IMG/VR virus record: IMGVR_UViG_3300048913_000213
Reading direction: 5' to 3' (one strand)
Length of the DNA: 46,523 nucleotides
Source of the DNA: a virus
Within the stretch, counting starts at the first letter, position 1, and each line of letters begins with the position of its first letter. The notes below the pieces were generated by a model, which did no database searches, was not told where the DNA came from, and was given only the letters and a program-made list of their open reading frames with translations. Below are positions 18,000 through 26,710 of the stretch, piece after piece. The translations under genes were made by a program, and so were the position numbers.

Positions 18000-19319
18000 A
18001 TGCGAATTCTTCTCATCGATGCGACCTCTTCCTTCCTCGATTTCGCCCTTCGCTGCGAAGCAGCAGGCCACGAGGTCCGCGTTTTCATGGGTCCGACGAA
18101 GCGCGGCGACCGCTCAACTGTTGGCGATGGCCTCATCACCCGCGTCGCGGACTACAAGCCCTCGATGCAGTGGGCGGACCTCATCCTCACCAGCGACAAT
18201 GCCAAGTACATTCGAGAATTGGAGGGCTTCCGGGCGCGTGGCTTTCCGATCTGGGGCTCAAATTCCGAGTGCACTGCTTGGGAACTCGATCGGGATTGCG
18301 GCCAGCGGGTTCTTGAGACTGCGGGGATAGCCACAATCCCGTCGCACTGCTTCAGCAACTATGACAAGGCCGCGGAGTTTGTGCGCTCGACGCTCAAGCG
18401 CTACGTGTCGAAACCTTCGGGGGATGCGGACAAGGCTTTGTCCTACGTGTCGAAAGGGCCGGCTGATTTGATCTTCATGCTCGAGCGTTGGAAGTCCTCG
18501 CTCAAGTCCAAAGCCCCCTTCCTGTTGCAGGAATTCATTCCTGGGATCGAAATGGCCGTAGGCGGATGGGTCGGACGCAACGGGTTCAGCCGGCACTTCC
18601 TCGAAAATTTCGAGTTCAAGAAACTGATGAACGGTGAAATCGGCGTCAACACCGGGGAAATGGGCACTGCAATGCGCTATGTCAGTGCCGAGGATAGCAA
18701 GCTCGTCCGAGAGATGCTGCTCCCACTTGAAGCCGAACTCATTCGCTGCGGCTACACCGGCTTCATCGACGTGTCCGTGATCATCGACAAGAAGGGGCAG
18801 CCTTGGCCTCTGGAGTTCACGACTCGCCCCGGCTGGCCATTGTTCCAGATTCAGCAAGCGCTCCATCCTGAGCCTTGCGAGTGGATGCTCGGTGCTCTCA
18901 ACGGCAAGGACACGTTCGAGCCCCTTCCGGACATCGCAGTTGGGGTTGTGCTTGCCATCCCGGATTTCCCTTACACGACCCTCCTCAACAAGGAAGTCAG
19001 TGGCTTCCCGGTGTGGGGGATTACCCCTCGCAATCGCTACTGGCTGCATCCGGCCGAAATGAAGCTCGGCAAGGCTCCGGTGATGGAAGGCGGGAAGCTC
19101 ATCGAAAAATCGATGATGGTTACTGCAGGGGATTACGTGATGGTTTGCAGTGGGATTGGTGGCACCGTCGAGGAGGCCCGAGGCGAAGCCTATGCTCGGG
19201 TCCAGGAAATCGAACTGCCCAACAGCCCGATGTACCGCACGGACATCGGCTGCCGATTGGAAAAGCAACTCCCAGAACTCCAAGCTCTGGGCTACGCAAC
19301 TGCATGGGAGTACAAGTAA
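18000..19319 (+). CDS. PurD-like (phosphoribosylamine-glycine ligase family) ATP-grasp enzyme
   Basis: 439 aa, colinear by eye with PurD over its full length: MRILLIDATSS.., LQEFIPGIEMAV (compare IEEFLDGEE), NGEIGVNTGEMGT (compare GPNTGGMGA), TGFIDVSVIIDKKGQPWPLEFTTRPGWP (compare TGFLYAGLMID..PKVIEFNCRFGDPE), and GDYVMVCSGIGGTVEEARGEAY (compare GGRVLCVTALG.TVAEAQ). Confidence 0.8.
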   Translation: MRILLIDATSSFLDFALRCEAAGHEVRVFMGPTKRGDRSTVGDGLITRVADYKPSMQWADLILTSDNAKYIRELEGFRARGFPIWGSNSECTAWELDRDCGQRVLETAGIATIPSHCFSNYDKAAEFVRSTLKRYVSKPSGDADKALSYVSKGPADLIFMLERWKSSLKSKAPFLLQEFIPGIEMAVGGWVGRNGFSRHFLENFEFKKLMNGEIGVNTGEMGTAMRYVSAEDSKLVREMLLPLEAELIRCGYTGFIDVSVIIDKKGQPWPLEFTTRPGWPLFQIQQALHPEPCEWMLGALNGKDTFEPLPDIAVGVVLAIPDFPYTTLLNKEVSGFPVWGITPRNRYWLHPAEMKLGKAPVMEGGKLIEKSMMVTAGDYVMVCSGIGGTVEEARGEAYARVQEIELPNSPMYRTDIGCRLEKQLPELQALGYATAWEYK

Positions 19320-20780
19320 ATGGCTACGAAAGTTATCATCTGCCCGCCGCCCCCAGCGGTACAGTCTGGGCTGTCGACTGCAGGTGTTGGGGGTGACGGC
19401 GGGTTTTCGAGCGCAGCAGTAACAGCAGCGGCGCAACAACCTCTAACAGGACTGCCGGCGAGTCCCGGCTCCAGCACGAGTGGCTTCAACTCCCCCGCAT
19501 GGCAGGGCTGGTTCTCGCAGGTCTACAACCAGCTCAAGGGCCAATTCGTTACAACGAATGCGGTTGCTGACAATGCCAATGGCAATGCCAGCACTGCTCT
19601 GGCAAATGCCAATGCGGCTCTGGCACAGGCCAATGCGGCAATCGCCGGGCTCGGAGCAAAGCTCAATCGCAGCGCCGCAGACGTGCTGTCGGGGGCGGTG
19701 AATGTGCTGAATGGAGGTGGGTTCGTCGCCGGGACTCTGACTTGGGACACCGCCGGCAACAGGACCGGGGGCTACGGTACTGCTATGACCCCGAATGGCA
19801 TTGCGGCGTATGCCCCTTCCGGCACCCCGACTTTCGCAATTGACAGCAGCGGCAATGCCTACTTCGCCGGCAGCCTCGGAGCCGCAAGCGGAACCTTCAG
19901 CGGCACCCTCATCAGTGTGAATGGTACGTTCACCGGAACTTTGACCGGCACGACCATTACTGGCTTGACAGTGAATGGCGGTACGATTCAAGGCGGTACG
20001 TTCCAGACGAACTCCACGGGGCAGAGAGCTGTGATGAACTCTCTCGGCCTGTCGTGCTACGATGGCGGGAACAATCTGATCTTCCAGGCGAACCAAACTG
20101 GGGTGTACGCTTCGGTGTCGTCGAGTGCCGTGGCTCCGGCGGGGGACTTCCGCACAGCTAGCAATACGTCCGGGGCGGCATTGAGCGCTCAGGCCAGTGG
20201 CAGTGCAGCGGCATTGAACGTAACGGCTGGGACGGGGGACGGCATCAAGCTCGATGGCCGCATCACCACTATTGCCAGGGCAGGGGGCGTGAGTAACGCC
20301 GTGATGAATTCGGTCATTGCGGTGACGGATAATGCCTACCAGTGCGGGTTTACCGGAGCGCGCTGGGCGAATGTCTATGCCGCCAACGGCACAATTATTA
20401 CTTCGGACGAGAGGCTGAAGGAGAACTTTGCCGAGTGTGAATTCGGCCTCGACATGGTGCTGGCAGTGACTCCATACCAGTACACGATGAAGATCGGGCA
20501 GAATATCGTATCGGAGGATGGGGACGGCAATCCAGTGGTGACGCCTCGCAAGGGAGAGCGCATCAAATACGGCTGGAAGGCTCAAGACGTGAAGGCATTC
20601 ATCGGGGATCGGAATTTGTCGATGTGGTCGCTGGAAGACAAAGACGATCCAGAGTCGATTCAGTCTCTGACTCCGACGGAACTCATTCCGGTGCTGTGGA
20701 AAGCAGTGCGGGAACTGAAAGCCGAGGTGGATCAACTAAAAGCAGCAGCGGCTTCGGCCGTCGCAGGCGGAGGTGTGTGA
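19320..20780 (+). CDS. Tail fibre or spike with a C-terminal S74 intramolecular-chaperone autoproteolytic domain
   Basis: 486 aa with beta-helix-like repeats GTFSGTLISVNGTFTGTLTGTTITGLTVNGGTIQGGTF. The S74 signature TSDERLKEN starts near nt 20403, followed by ...YGWKAQDV...LIPVLWKAVRELKAEVDQLK. The ATG directly abuts the ATP-grasp stop codon. Confidence 0.85.
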   Translation: MATKVIICPPPPAVQSGLSTAGVGGDGGFSSAAVTAAAQQPLTGLPASPGSSTSGFNSPAWQGWFSQVYNQLKGQFVTTNAVADNANGNASTALANANAALAQANAAIAGLGAKLNRSAADVLSGAVNVLNGGGFVAGTLTWDTAGNRTGGYGTAMTPNGIAAYAPSGTPTFAIDSSGNAYFAGSLGAASGTFSGTLISVNGTFTGTLTGTTITGLTVNGGTIQGGTFQTNSTGQRAVMNSLGLSCYDGGNNLIFQANQTGVYASVSSSAVAPAGDFRTASNTSGAALSAQASGSAAALNVTAGTGDGIKLDGRITTIARAGGVSNAVMNSVIAVTDNAYQCGFTGARWANVYAANGTIITSDERLKENFAECEFGLDMVLAVTPYQYTMKIGQNIVSEDGDGNPVVTPRKGERIKYGWKAQDVKAFIGDRNLSMWSLEDKDDPESIQSLTPTELIPVLWKAVRELKAEVDQLKAAAASAVAGGGV

Positions 20781-21091
20781 TGGGAGCAGCTGATTTTTGG
20801 GCCGACGGCCAGTGGAACTTCTTCTGCGACTTTTGTGGTCGCAAGGAAAAGAGTGGCAACGCCATGAAGACCTGGAACAACTTCCGAGTGTGTCGTCGGC
20901 ACAAGGAAGTCAGGAATCCGCAGGACTTCGTGCGGGGCGTGAAGGACGATCAGACTGTGCCGTGGAGCCGGCCGGAAGCACCGGATACTTTCGTGCAAAG
21001 TAATTTTCAACTGTTGCTGGAAGGGGGCGGGGGCGCATTGATGCAAGAGCCCGATTCCTTCGGCGACCTTTACCCTTTGTTGGTGACCTGA
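20780..21091 (+). CDS. Small Cys-rich protein (103 aa), possible fibre accessory or assembly factor
   Basis: The ATG at 20780 overlaps the TGA of the fibre gene. CxxC...C..H pattern: FFCDFCGRKEKSGNAMKTWNNFRVCRRHKE. Confidence 0.5.
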   Translation: MGAADFWADGQWNFFCDFCGRKEKSGNAMKTWNNFRVCRRHKEVRNPQDFVRGVKDDQTVPWSRPEAPDTFVQSNFQLLLEGGGGALMQEPDSFGDLYPLLVT

Positions 21092-21092
21092 T

Positions 21093-21797
21093 ATGGCAAA
21101 CTCGACGATTAGTAATCTTCCTCCAGCGACGACGCTCAGCGGTACGGAACTGGTGCCGGTGGTACAAGGCGGGGTGACGAAAGCCGCCACTGCAGCTCAA
21201 TTCGGCGGTGGCGGGGCAGGAAGCCCGAACTTCACCGTCCCAGTGACGATCAAGTCTGGAGACGATACCCTCGCTCCGCTGAAGCTCTACGGAACTCGCA
21301 CTGATCTGTCCGGGGACTTCACCATCACCTATGGAGGTGGCACTCCATTCGGGACTCTGGACGTTTCCGTAACCGTTCCTAGCGGTAGCGGCGGGAACCT
21401 GAGCTTCAGCATCCAGGACGTGAGTGCTGGGAAGCTGCCGGCACTGGTCCTGAACAGCAAGCGCTCCGCAGTGTTTACTGGCGGGGTGTACACGCAGGGG
21501 GATGTGTCGGTTCGTTCCGCTGGGAATGGGCTGCAGGTTTCGGAAGTCGGCGGCGGCGCGAAGCAAGGAGTTACGACTCTGGTTGCCGGGGCGAAGGTAG
21601 TAGCGAATGCCAATGTCACGGCGTCGAGTCGTATCTTCCTGACGGTGCAGTCTCTCGGGACGGTTACGGCCCCAAAAGCTGTAGCCGTCACGGCCCGCAC
21701 TGTCGGAACGAGCTTCACGATTACCTCTGCGGATGCAACGGATACCTCGGTGGTAGCCTGGGAAATCTTCGAACCGGCCTCCGCGCCCCCAGCTTAA
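21093..21797 (+). CDS. Tail fibre-like protein
   Basis: 234 aa. The N-terminus MANSTISNLPPATTLSGTELVPVVQGGVTKAATAAQ is a common phage fibre N-terminal motif, followed by a Gly/Thr/Val-rich beta region. Confidence 0.5.
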   Translation: MANSTISNLPPATTLSGTELVPVVQGGVTKAATAAQFGGGGAGSPNFTVPVTIKSGDDTLAPLKLYGTRTDLSGDFTITYGGGTPFGTLDVSVTVPSGSGGNLSFSIQDVSAGKLPALVLNSKRSAVFTGGVYTQGDVSVRSAGNGLQVSEVGGGAKQGVTTLVAGAKVVANANVTASSRIFLTVQSLGTVTAPKAVAVTARTVGTSFTITSADATDTSVVAWEIFEPASAPPA

Positions 21798-21818
21798 AGT
21801 CCTAGCTATAATTTCTGC

Positions 21819-21844
21819 GCCACATTACGGCTGAGTAATGTGAC
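21819..21844. repeat. PIR copy 8
   Basis: GCCACATTAC-ggctga-GTAATGTGAC followed by CCCAAAAC. Ends 30 nt before the ATG at 21875. Confidence 0.9.
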
Positions 21845-21874
21845 CCCAAAACTCTTCTCTTTCAGGAACCTGCC

Positions 21875-22159
21875 ATGGCAAACATGACTCCCAGCATGCG
21901 GCACCAGCCGTACAAGACCGGAACGCTGGCCGGTACTCAACTAACGGTGACGATGGAAGACGCGCCACTGCCAGCGAATGTCTGGATCAACAGCACCGCA
22001 GGCGGCCGTCAGATCGAAGTCAGCAATGACGGTACGATCTTCCAGGTCGTCTCGCAATACGACACGAATATCACAGGCCAGCTCATGGTGCGGGTGCTTG
22101 TCGGCATTGCTGCTGTCCGCTTTACCGGGAATGTCGGCGATGCCTGGGGAGTACAATAA
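21875..22159 (+). CDS. Hypothetical protein (94 aa)
   Basis: ORF whose end forms a TAATG overlap with the next gene. Confidence 0.5.
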   Translation: MANMTPSMRHQPYKTGTLAGTQLTVTMEDAPLPANVWINSTAGGRQIEVSNDGTIFQVVSQYDTNITGQLMVRVLVGIAAVRFTGNVGDAWGVQ

Positions 22160-23529
22160 TGAGCTACCCACCAGAAAATACGGGAGGCAGCAGCGGCCCG
22201 GTGATCGTACCGCCGTACTCGACCTTCCTGCCGGACATGGACCTCGGCAAGAGCGGGATTGAGGGTTGGATGCCTCGCTTGGGGGTTTTCGATTTGACTG
22301 CTCCGGGAACTTTCCAAGCCACGATCGCCCTTCCCGCAGGGATCATTGGCTGCAGGCTGCTCTTCGAAAACAACAACACCATTGCATCGCCAGTGGTGAA
22401 TAGCTGCTCGGTGTCGAACCCGCTGACCGTGGCTGATGTCAACAACAGCGCCGGTACGTGGGTGCAAGGCACCAAGCAGCAGGCTACGGTGTTCCCGTGG
22501 CAGTGCCCGAAGCCGAATGGCGGCACTCAGCTCGTTGTGCCGACGTATACGGACTTTATTCCGATTACCACCTTGCCTCCGACGGACGGTTCTCTGTTCC
22601 ACCTGTTGACGATGCGGGTGACGATGGCGGCGTTTTCCGTTGCGACGTTCGGCGGCTTGCCAGTCGGCGGCGACGCCACCACTACCGGCAGTCCGACTGG
22701 CGACAACTACACTAACTGGGCGACGCGACCTGACGGCCGCATTCGTATCTGGCGCTATCAAACCGGTTCTTTCTCGGCGGCAGGCACTCAGTCCGGCTTC
22801 ACCTCGACAACGAACATCAGCCAGTGCCCGATTCGCGGGGTGATTCTGTACTTCCGTAACCGCGTAGCGCAGCATTGGTCCTTCGGAGACTCCAACGGCA
22901 TGGCGGCTGGTGCAACCTACCGCGACGACAATGCGGCGATGCGTCTGGCCTTCGAAATGAACGATCCAAACGGCATTGTGCATTGCCACTATCCAAGCTC
23001 ATGGTCGGGCATGGGTGGCAATCCTTACAACGGCTTCTATCGCCGTACTCGGGACCTGCTGCGACGCAATGACCTCAACGGGAATTTCCTGTGGTTCCCG
23101 ACGGCTACTCCGAACGATGCTCTGGGGGCCATCACCGCAGCGATTAATCAGAGCTCCGACCAGAACGTGGCGAAGTGCTGTGACATGGCCAACAAGCGAG
23201 GGATGCGGAACATCCTGACGAATTTCGCTCCAGTTGGCAAGAACACTCGCAACTGGTCCACGGACATCACCACTCCAGCGAGCGACACGTTGAGAGTGGC
23301 GAAGAACCTCGCAGATGCCGCAATGAACTCAGAGGGCACTCTGGTCATCGATGTGGACAGCATGGTGACGAAAGTCGCTCCGTACAATGGGCAGATTCAA
23401 CCGCTGAGCAATACCGGGGATCAATCGCTGATGGGCTTTGTTTTCGATGAAATCCACTACAGCGATGCGATCTTCAACGCGATGAAAGATGCCGCAAAGC
23501 CGTTTGTGAAAAAATCTCTGGGGACCTGA
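22159..23529 (+). CDS. Tail-associated protein with a putative C-terminal SGNH/GDSL esterase domain
   Basis: 456 aa. Block I-like WSFGDSNGMAAG (nt ~22885), block III-like TATPNDALG, block V-like DEIHYSD (nt ~23445). Confidence 0.45.
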   Translation: MSYPPENTGGSSGPVIVPPYSTFLPDMDLGKSGIEGWMPRLGVFDLTAPGTFQATIALPAGIIGCRLLFENNNTIASPVVNSCSVSNPLTVADVNNSAGTWVQGTKQQATVFPWQCPKPNGGTQLVVPTYTDFIPITTLPPTDGSLFHLLTMRVTMAAFSVATFGGLPVGGDATTTGSPTGDNYTNWATRPDGRIRIWRYQTGSFSAAGTQSGFTSTTNISQCPIRGVILYFRNRVAQHWSFGDSNGMAAGATYRDDNAAMRLAFEMNDPNGIVHCHYPSSWSGMGGNPYNGFYRRTRDLLRRNDLNGNFLWFPTATPNDALGAITAAINQSSDQNVAKCCDMANKRGMRNILTNFAPVGKNTRNWSTDITTPASDTLRVAKNLADAAMNSEGTLVIDVDSMVTKVAPYNGQIQPLSNTGDQSLMGFVFDEIHYSDAIFNAMKDAAKPFVKKSLGT

Positions 23530-23530
23530 A

Positions 23531-24208
23531 ATGTTTAATAAATTCTGGAATTGGCTGGTGAAGATCGTGTCCGGGAACTCAGTCGGTATGACTGATGCCG
23601 GACATTACCTGTATGTGGGGGCGTCGAGTGGCGGCTGGAACATGGCCAATACTTCCGAACTCGGGGAAGACCAAGATGATCAGGTGTTTCGTGTGGATCA
23701 TGCTGGCGGGGATGCGGCAATTCTGACCTTTACCTGTCAGGGCTCGGACAGGTTCTATGAGCCTTCGATTACCGGGGCTCTGGGACAAGGTTTTGGCACC
23801 GGCGGCACTACCGGGCAGACCCGCACCACTTTGCAAATGGTAAAAGGGGACTCAGCCTTCTTCACTCACCACGGTCGGGTGTGGTTCTGGACGATTGTCC
23901 GGCCACTGGCGCGAGCCTACACGATGCTGGCCGCGGACACTGCCTACACTGCTAAACCGTACGACAACCTCATCCTGATGAACACGTCGACGAATGCCCA
24001 GACTGTGAACCTGCCGCCAGCAACTCAGTTCTGGGTTAACGGGGAAGGTCGTGGGCTGGTGGTGAAATTGCTGGTAGGCGCAAACGCCGGCACCGTTGCT
24101 GCCAATGGCAGTGATACTATCGAAGGCGCCGCTAGCGTGGGCATTGCCAGCGCCGGCGGTTTCCGTACACTCCGAGCTACTAGCTCGACAACCTGGGGAT
24201 TGTTCTAA
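23531..24208 (+). CDS. Hypothetical tail-module protein (225 aa)
   Basis: ORF tightly packed after the previous gene. No motif recognised. Confidence 0.5.
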   Translation: MFNKFWNWLVKIVSGNSVGMTDAGHYLYVGASSGGWNMANTSELGEDQDDQVFRVDHAGGDAAILTFTCQGSDRFYEPSITGALGQGFGTGGTTGQTRTTLQMVKGDSAFFTHHGRVWFWTIVRPLARAYTMLAADTAYTAKPYDNLILMNTSTNAQTVNLPPATQFWVNGEGRGLVVKLLVGANAGTVAANGSDTIEGAASVGIASAGGFRTLRATSSTTWGLF

Positions 24209-24209
24209 A

Positions 24210-24839
24210 ATGAAAAAGCTTTTCGCAATGGCGCTGCTGGCTCTGGCAGCTGTAAGTGGGATGGGCGGCACGGCCTCGGCCCAAGGCCTCTACCCTCGTG
24301 CGATGTACGAGATAAAGATGGACAGTCTCGGCAATGGCATGATTCCGATTTACATGTACTTTCCGGCAGCGGGCAAAAAATGCTTCCGCATGTTGGATGG
24401 GGACTTGACGAATCAGAACTTCCAAGGCCCGATTTGTCCGTTGATGGGGCCGACGCTGAGCTACAACTCCACGACCAATGAACTGAACGTTGCAGTGACT
24501 TCACCACAGACAGCTGTGACCGGAGCTACCGCGAAGTTTGGTTCCTATCGGGTGTACCAATCGGCTACAGTGGCCAGTGGTGTAGCGGTGTTTCAGTTGA
24601 CCGTGGATGGCTTGAGCACCGGTGCCCCGCTGTTCCCGAATGAACTATTCACCGATAGCATTGGCCTGATCGTGAATGATTCCACGGCGAGCTATCAGAT
24701 GTCCTGGACCCTCACCAACAGCAACAAGACGCTAACCGTGACGGCGAACAAACTAACAACTGCCAATATCCTGACCGGCGTTTTGGGCCAGGGGCAGGCT
24801 AATGGCGCAATCGTGCGCTTAACCGTGGAAGGAAGGTAA
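24210..24839 (+). CDS. Secreted protein with a Sec-type signal peptide
   Basis: The internal ATG at 24210 lies 1 nt after the previous stop. MKKLFAMALLALAAVSGMGGTASA-QG is a classical signal peptide with an AxA cleavage site. Confidence 0.6.
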   Translation: MKKLFAMALLALAAVSGMGGTASAQGLYPRAMYEIKMDSLGNGMIPIYMYFPAAGKKCFRMLDGDLTNQNFQGPICPLMGPTLSYNSTTNELNVAVTSPQTAVTGATAKFGSYRVYQSATVASGVAVFQLTVDGLSTGAPLFPNELFTDSIGLIVNDSTASYQMSWTLTNSNKTLTVTANKLTTANILTGVLGQGQANGAIVRLTVEGR

Positions 24840-24840
24840 G

Positions 24841-24975
24841 ATGAAAAAGCTCTTTGCAACTGGCAATGATGTGCCAGACCCAAACAAACCAAAACCTCAG
24901 GACAGCGATGATCCAGCGCCAGAAGTAAAAGTGTTTGCCCCGAAAGGGAAACAGTCCCTGCGGTCGGGGGGCTGA
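24841..24975 (+). CDS. Small ORF (44 aa) starting with a duplicated MKKLF initiation region
   Basis: Hand translation gives MKKLFATGNDVPDPNKPKPQDSDDPAPEVKVFAPKGKQSLRSGG. Of its first 24 nt, 20 match the start of 24210..24839. Confidence 0.3.
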   Translation: MKKLFATGNDVPDPNKPKPQDSDDPAPEVKVFAPKGKQSLRSGG

Positions 24976-24977
24976 CC

Positions 24978-25415
24978 ATGACGCTCTTGGATTGGCTCGG
25001 AAGAGCCTTGTGCTTGGTCGTGACCTTCGGTGCGGCTTACGCAAAAGGCACTCTCTACCAACCCGAGAGCGCATTACTAAGCGTAGCGATCAGTCAATGT
25101 TTATCTGCGTTTTGTAATGCCATTGCAGTCGTTGCGGCTGCCTACCTTGTCCGGGGCCGCGCCTCGTATGAACTACAGCTCCTCGCATACTGCGCTGTGG
25201 TCGTAAATTTACTGAGTTTCATTTCCTATGCGGCCAAGATTTCGCCGATGGTACATGCTCTTAACCTGACCATTACGGTGATTTCGTATGCCCAACTTGC
25301 CCGACTTCTATGGCCTCGCAATGACAGTTTTGTCGACTATTGTATTAGTAGGCTGTTTCTTTTATCAGCTGCTCCGACAATTAAGAATCTTCATGTTGAA
25401 AAGGAAAAAACGTGA
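24978..25415 (+). CDS. Multi-pass membrane protein (145 aa)
   Basis: Several hydrophobic segments (ALCLVVTFGAAY, AIAVVAAAYLV, LLAYCAVVVNLLSFISY, LTITVISYAQLA). Visibly more AT-rich than its surroundings. Confidence 0.55.
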   Translation: MTLLDWLGRALCLVVTFGAAYAKGTLYQPESALLSVAISQCLSAFCNAIAVVAAAYLVRGRASYELQLLAYCAVVVNLLSFISYAAKISPMVHALNLTITVISYAQLARLLWPRNDSFVDYCISRLFLLSAAPTIKNLHVEKEKT

Positions 25416-25705
25416 ACTGGAACACAGACTTGAGAGACGTCGTGATGGCGCTGGTCGAAAATAACCGGACCCTGACGACAGGGGCGGCAGCAAGTGCTTC
25501 TGTTGGCGTGGGGGCACTCGGGATACTGGAATGGCTGAACAAAGGCCTGGCCTTTACGGCAATGGCTGCGGGTATCTGGTGCACGATTTCGCTGTCCCGC
25601 TATCACAACAAGAACGAAAAGAAACTGGACCTCGAGATTCAGGTGTTGAAACTGAAGCTCGACCAGGAACACGGGAGTGACACGGAAAAAGAGGAAGCTA
25701 AATGA
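25412..25705 (+). CDS. Membrane protein, candidate holin, antiholin or spanin-like lysis factor
   Basis: 97 aa from a GTG start in a GTGA overlap. Two hydrophobic segments (GAAASASVGVGALGIL, GLAFTAMAAGIWCTISL), then a charged helix. Immediately upstream of the endolysin. Confidence 0.45.
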   Translation: MNWNTDLRDVVMALVENNRTLTTGAAASASVGVGALGILEWLNKGLAFTAMAAGIWCTISLSRYHNKNEKKLDLEIQVLKLKLDQEHGSDTEKEEAK

Positions 25706-26244
25706 AAATCGACGAAATGATTGAAGGGCTGTTGGAGCGCGAAGGCGCTTACAGTGATAACGTCAACGATCCTGGTGGCGTGACGATGTGGGGATGGACG
25801 GAGAAGGCCGCCCGCCAAGAAGGCTGGGTCGGCCGGATGCGGGACATGCCTCGGGAATGGGCAGCGGCTGCCTATCGTCGGGTGTATGTGCAGCGGCCGG
25901 GGTTTGATAAGGTTATGGCTGTGAATAGTCGAATCGCGGAAGAGCTGGTCGATACCGCGGTGAACTGCGGTGTGGGCTTGCCCGGACCGTGGCTGCAGCG
26001 ATGCTTGAACCTGCTCAATCGACAAGGCAATGACTATGCTGATGTGGCGGTGGATGGGCTGATCGGTCCAGCGACTTGCGCAGCGCTGTCGGCGTTTCTG
26101 AAAAAGCGAGGCGTCGATGGCGAGAAGGTTTTGCTGCGGCTGCTCAACGGCTTGCAGGCCTATCGCTACGTGCAGGTAGCTGAGGCGAATCCTCGGCTGG
26201 AAGAGTTTTTCTATGGTTGGATCTTGAATCGAGTGGAGGTGTAA
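25702..26244 (+). CDS. Endolysin, GH108-type lysozyme with a C-terminal peptidoglycan-binding domain
   Basis: The N-terminus LLEREGAYSDNVNDPGGVTMWG matches the GH108 signature EGGY..DP.DPGG.T..GI. The C-terminus DGLIGPATCAAL is PG_binding_3-like. Confidence 0.85.
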   Translation: MKIDEMIEGLLEREGAYSDNVNDPGGVTMWGWTEKAARQEGWVGRMRDMPREWAAAAYRRVYVQRPGFDKVMAVNSRIAEELVDTAVNCGVGLPGPWLQRCLNLLNRQGNDYADVAVDGLIGPATCAALSAFLKKRGVDGEKVLLRLLNGLQAYRYVQVAEANPRLEEFFYGWILNRVEV

Positions 26245-26245
26245 A

Positions 26246-26656
26246 ATGTGGCCAGCATTGATCCCGATGTTGGGGCAGCTGATGGACAAGCTGTTCCCGG
26301 ACCCGAAGGCAGCGGAAGAAGCGAAGTTGAAAGTGATGGAACTGGCTCAGACTGGCGAGTTGGCGAAGTTGAATGCGGACTTGCAACTGGCTACCGGCCA
26401 AATTGACGTGAACAAGGTCGAGGCCGCGAATGGTTCGCTGTTTGTGTCAGGGTGGCGTCCGTTTGTGGGCTGGGTTTGTGGCGCGGCCTTTGCTTTTAAG
26501 TTCATCGGCGGCCCGTTGGTGGTGACGGTGATGACAGCTGCGGGGCACCCGATTACGCTTCCGAATTTCGACTTCACCGAAATGAGTACGCTGCTATTTG
26601 GGCTCCTGGGGTTGGGGGCGTTGCGGACAGTGGAGAAGGTGAAGGGTGTGCAGTAG
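26246..26656 (+). CDS. Holin, 3-TM GTA-type family
   Basis: 136 aa. KLFPDPKAAEEAKLKVMELAQTGELAKLNADLQLA...GWRPFVGWVCGAAFAFKFIGGPLV is typical of the 'holin of 3TMs for gene-transfer release' family. Confidence 0.7.
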   Translation: MWPALIPMLGQLMDKLFPDPKAAEEAKLKVMELAQTGELAKLNADLQLATGQIDVNKVEAANGSLFVSGWRPFVGWVCGAAFAFKFIGGPLVVTVMTAAGHPITLPNFDFTEMSTLLFGLLGLGALRTVEKVKGVQ

Positions 26657-26684
26657 GGGAAGCGAAGGGAAGGGAAGTTTCGGG

Positions 26685-26710
26685 GCCATATTACTAGACG
26701 GTAATGTGGC
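26685..26710. repeat. PIR copy 9
   Basis: GCCATATTAC-tagacg-GTAATGTGGC, flanked by AAGTTTCGGG and CCCGAATTAC. Confidence 0.9.

Noticed and set aside
17563-18316. ORFs crossing the non-coding islands, many containing a recurring peptide such as PHYTGVMWP, HYSAVMWP or HYGGVMW (for example 17729..18139, 17867..18316, 26646..26954, 33163..33474, 40592..40795).
   Set aside because: The shared peptide is simply the translation of the palindromic DNA element in different ORFs and strands. The rest of these ORFs is low-complexity R/P/G/A sequence with no RBS.
19320-24208. A diversity-generating retroelement, as in BPP-1-like podophages.
   Set aside because: No reverse transcriptase ORF was found, and I noticed no template or variable repeat pair near the fibre genes.
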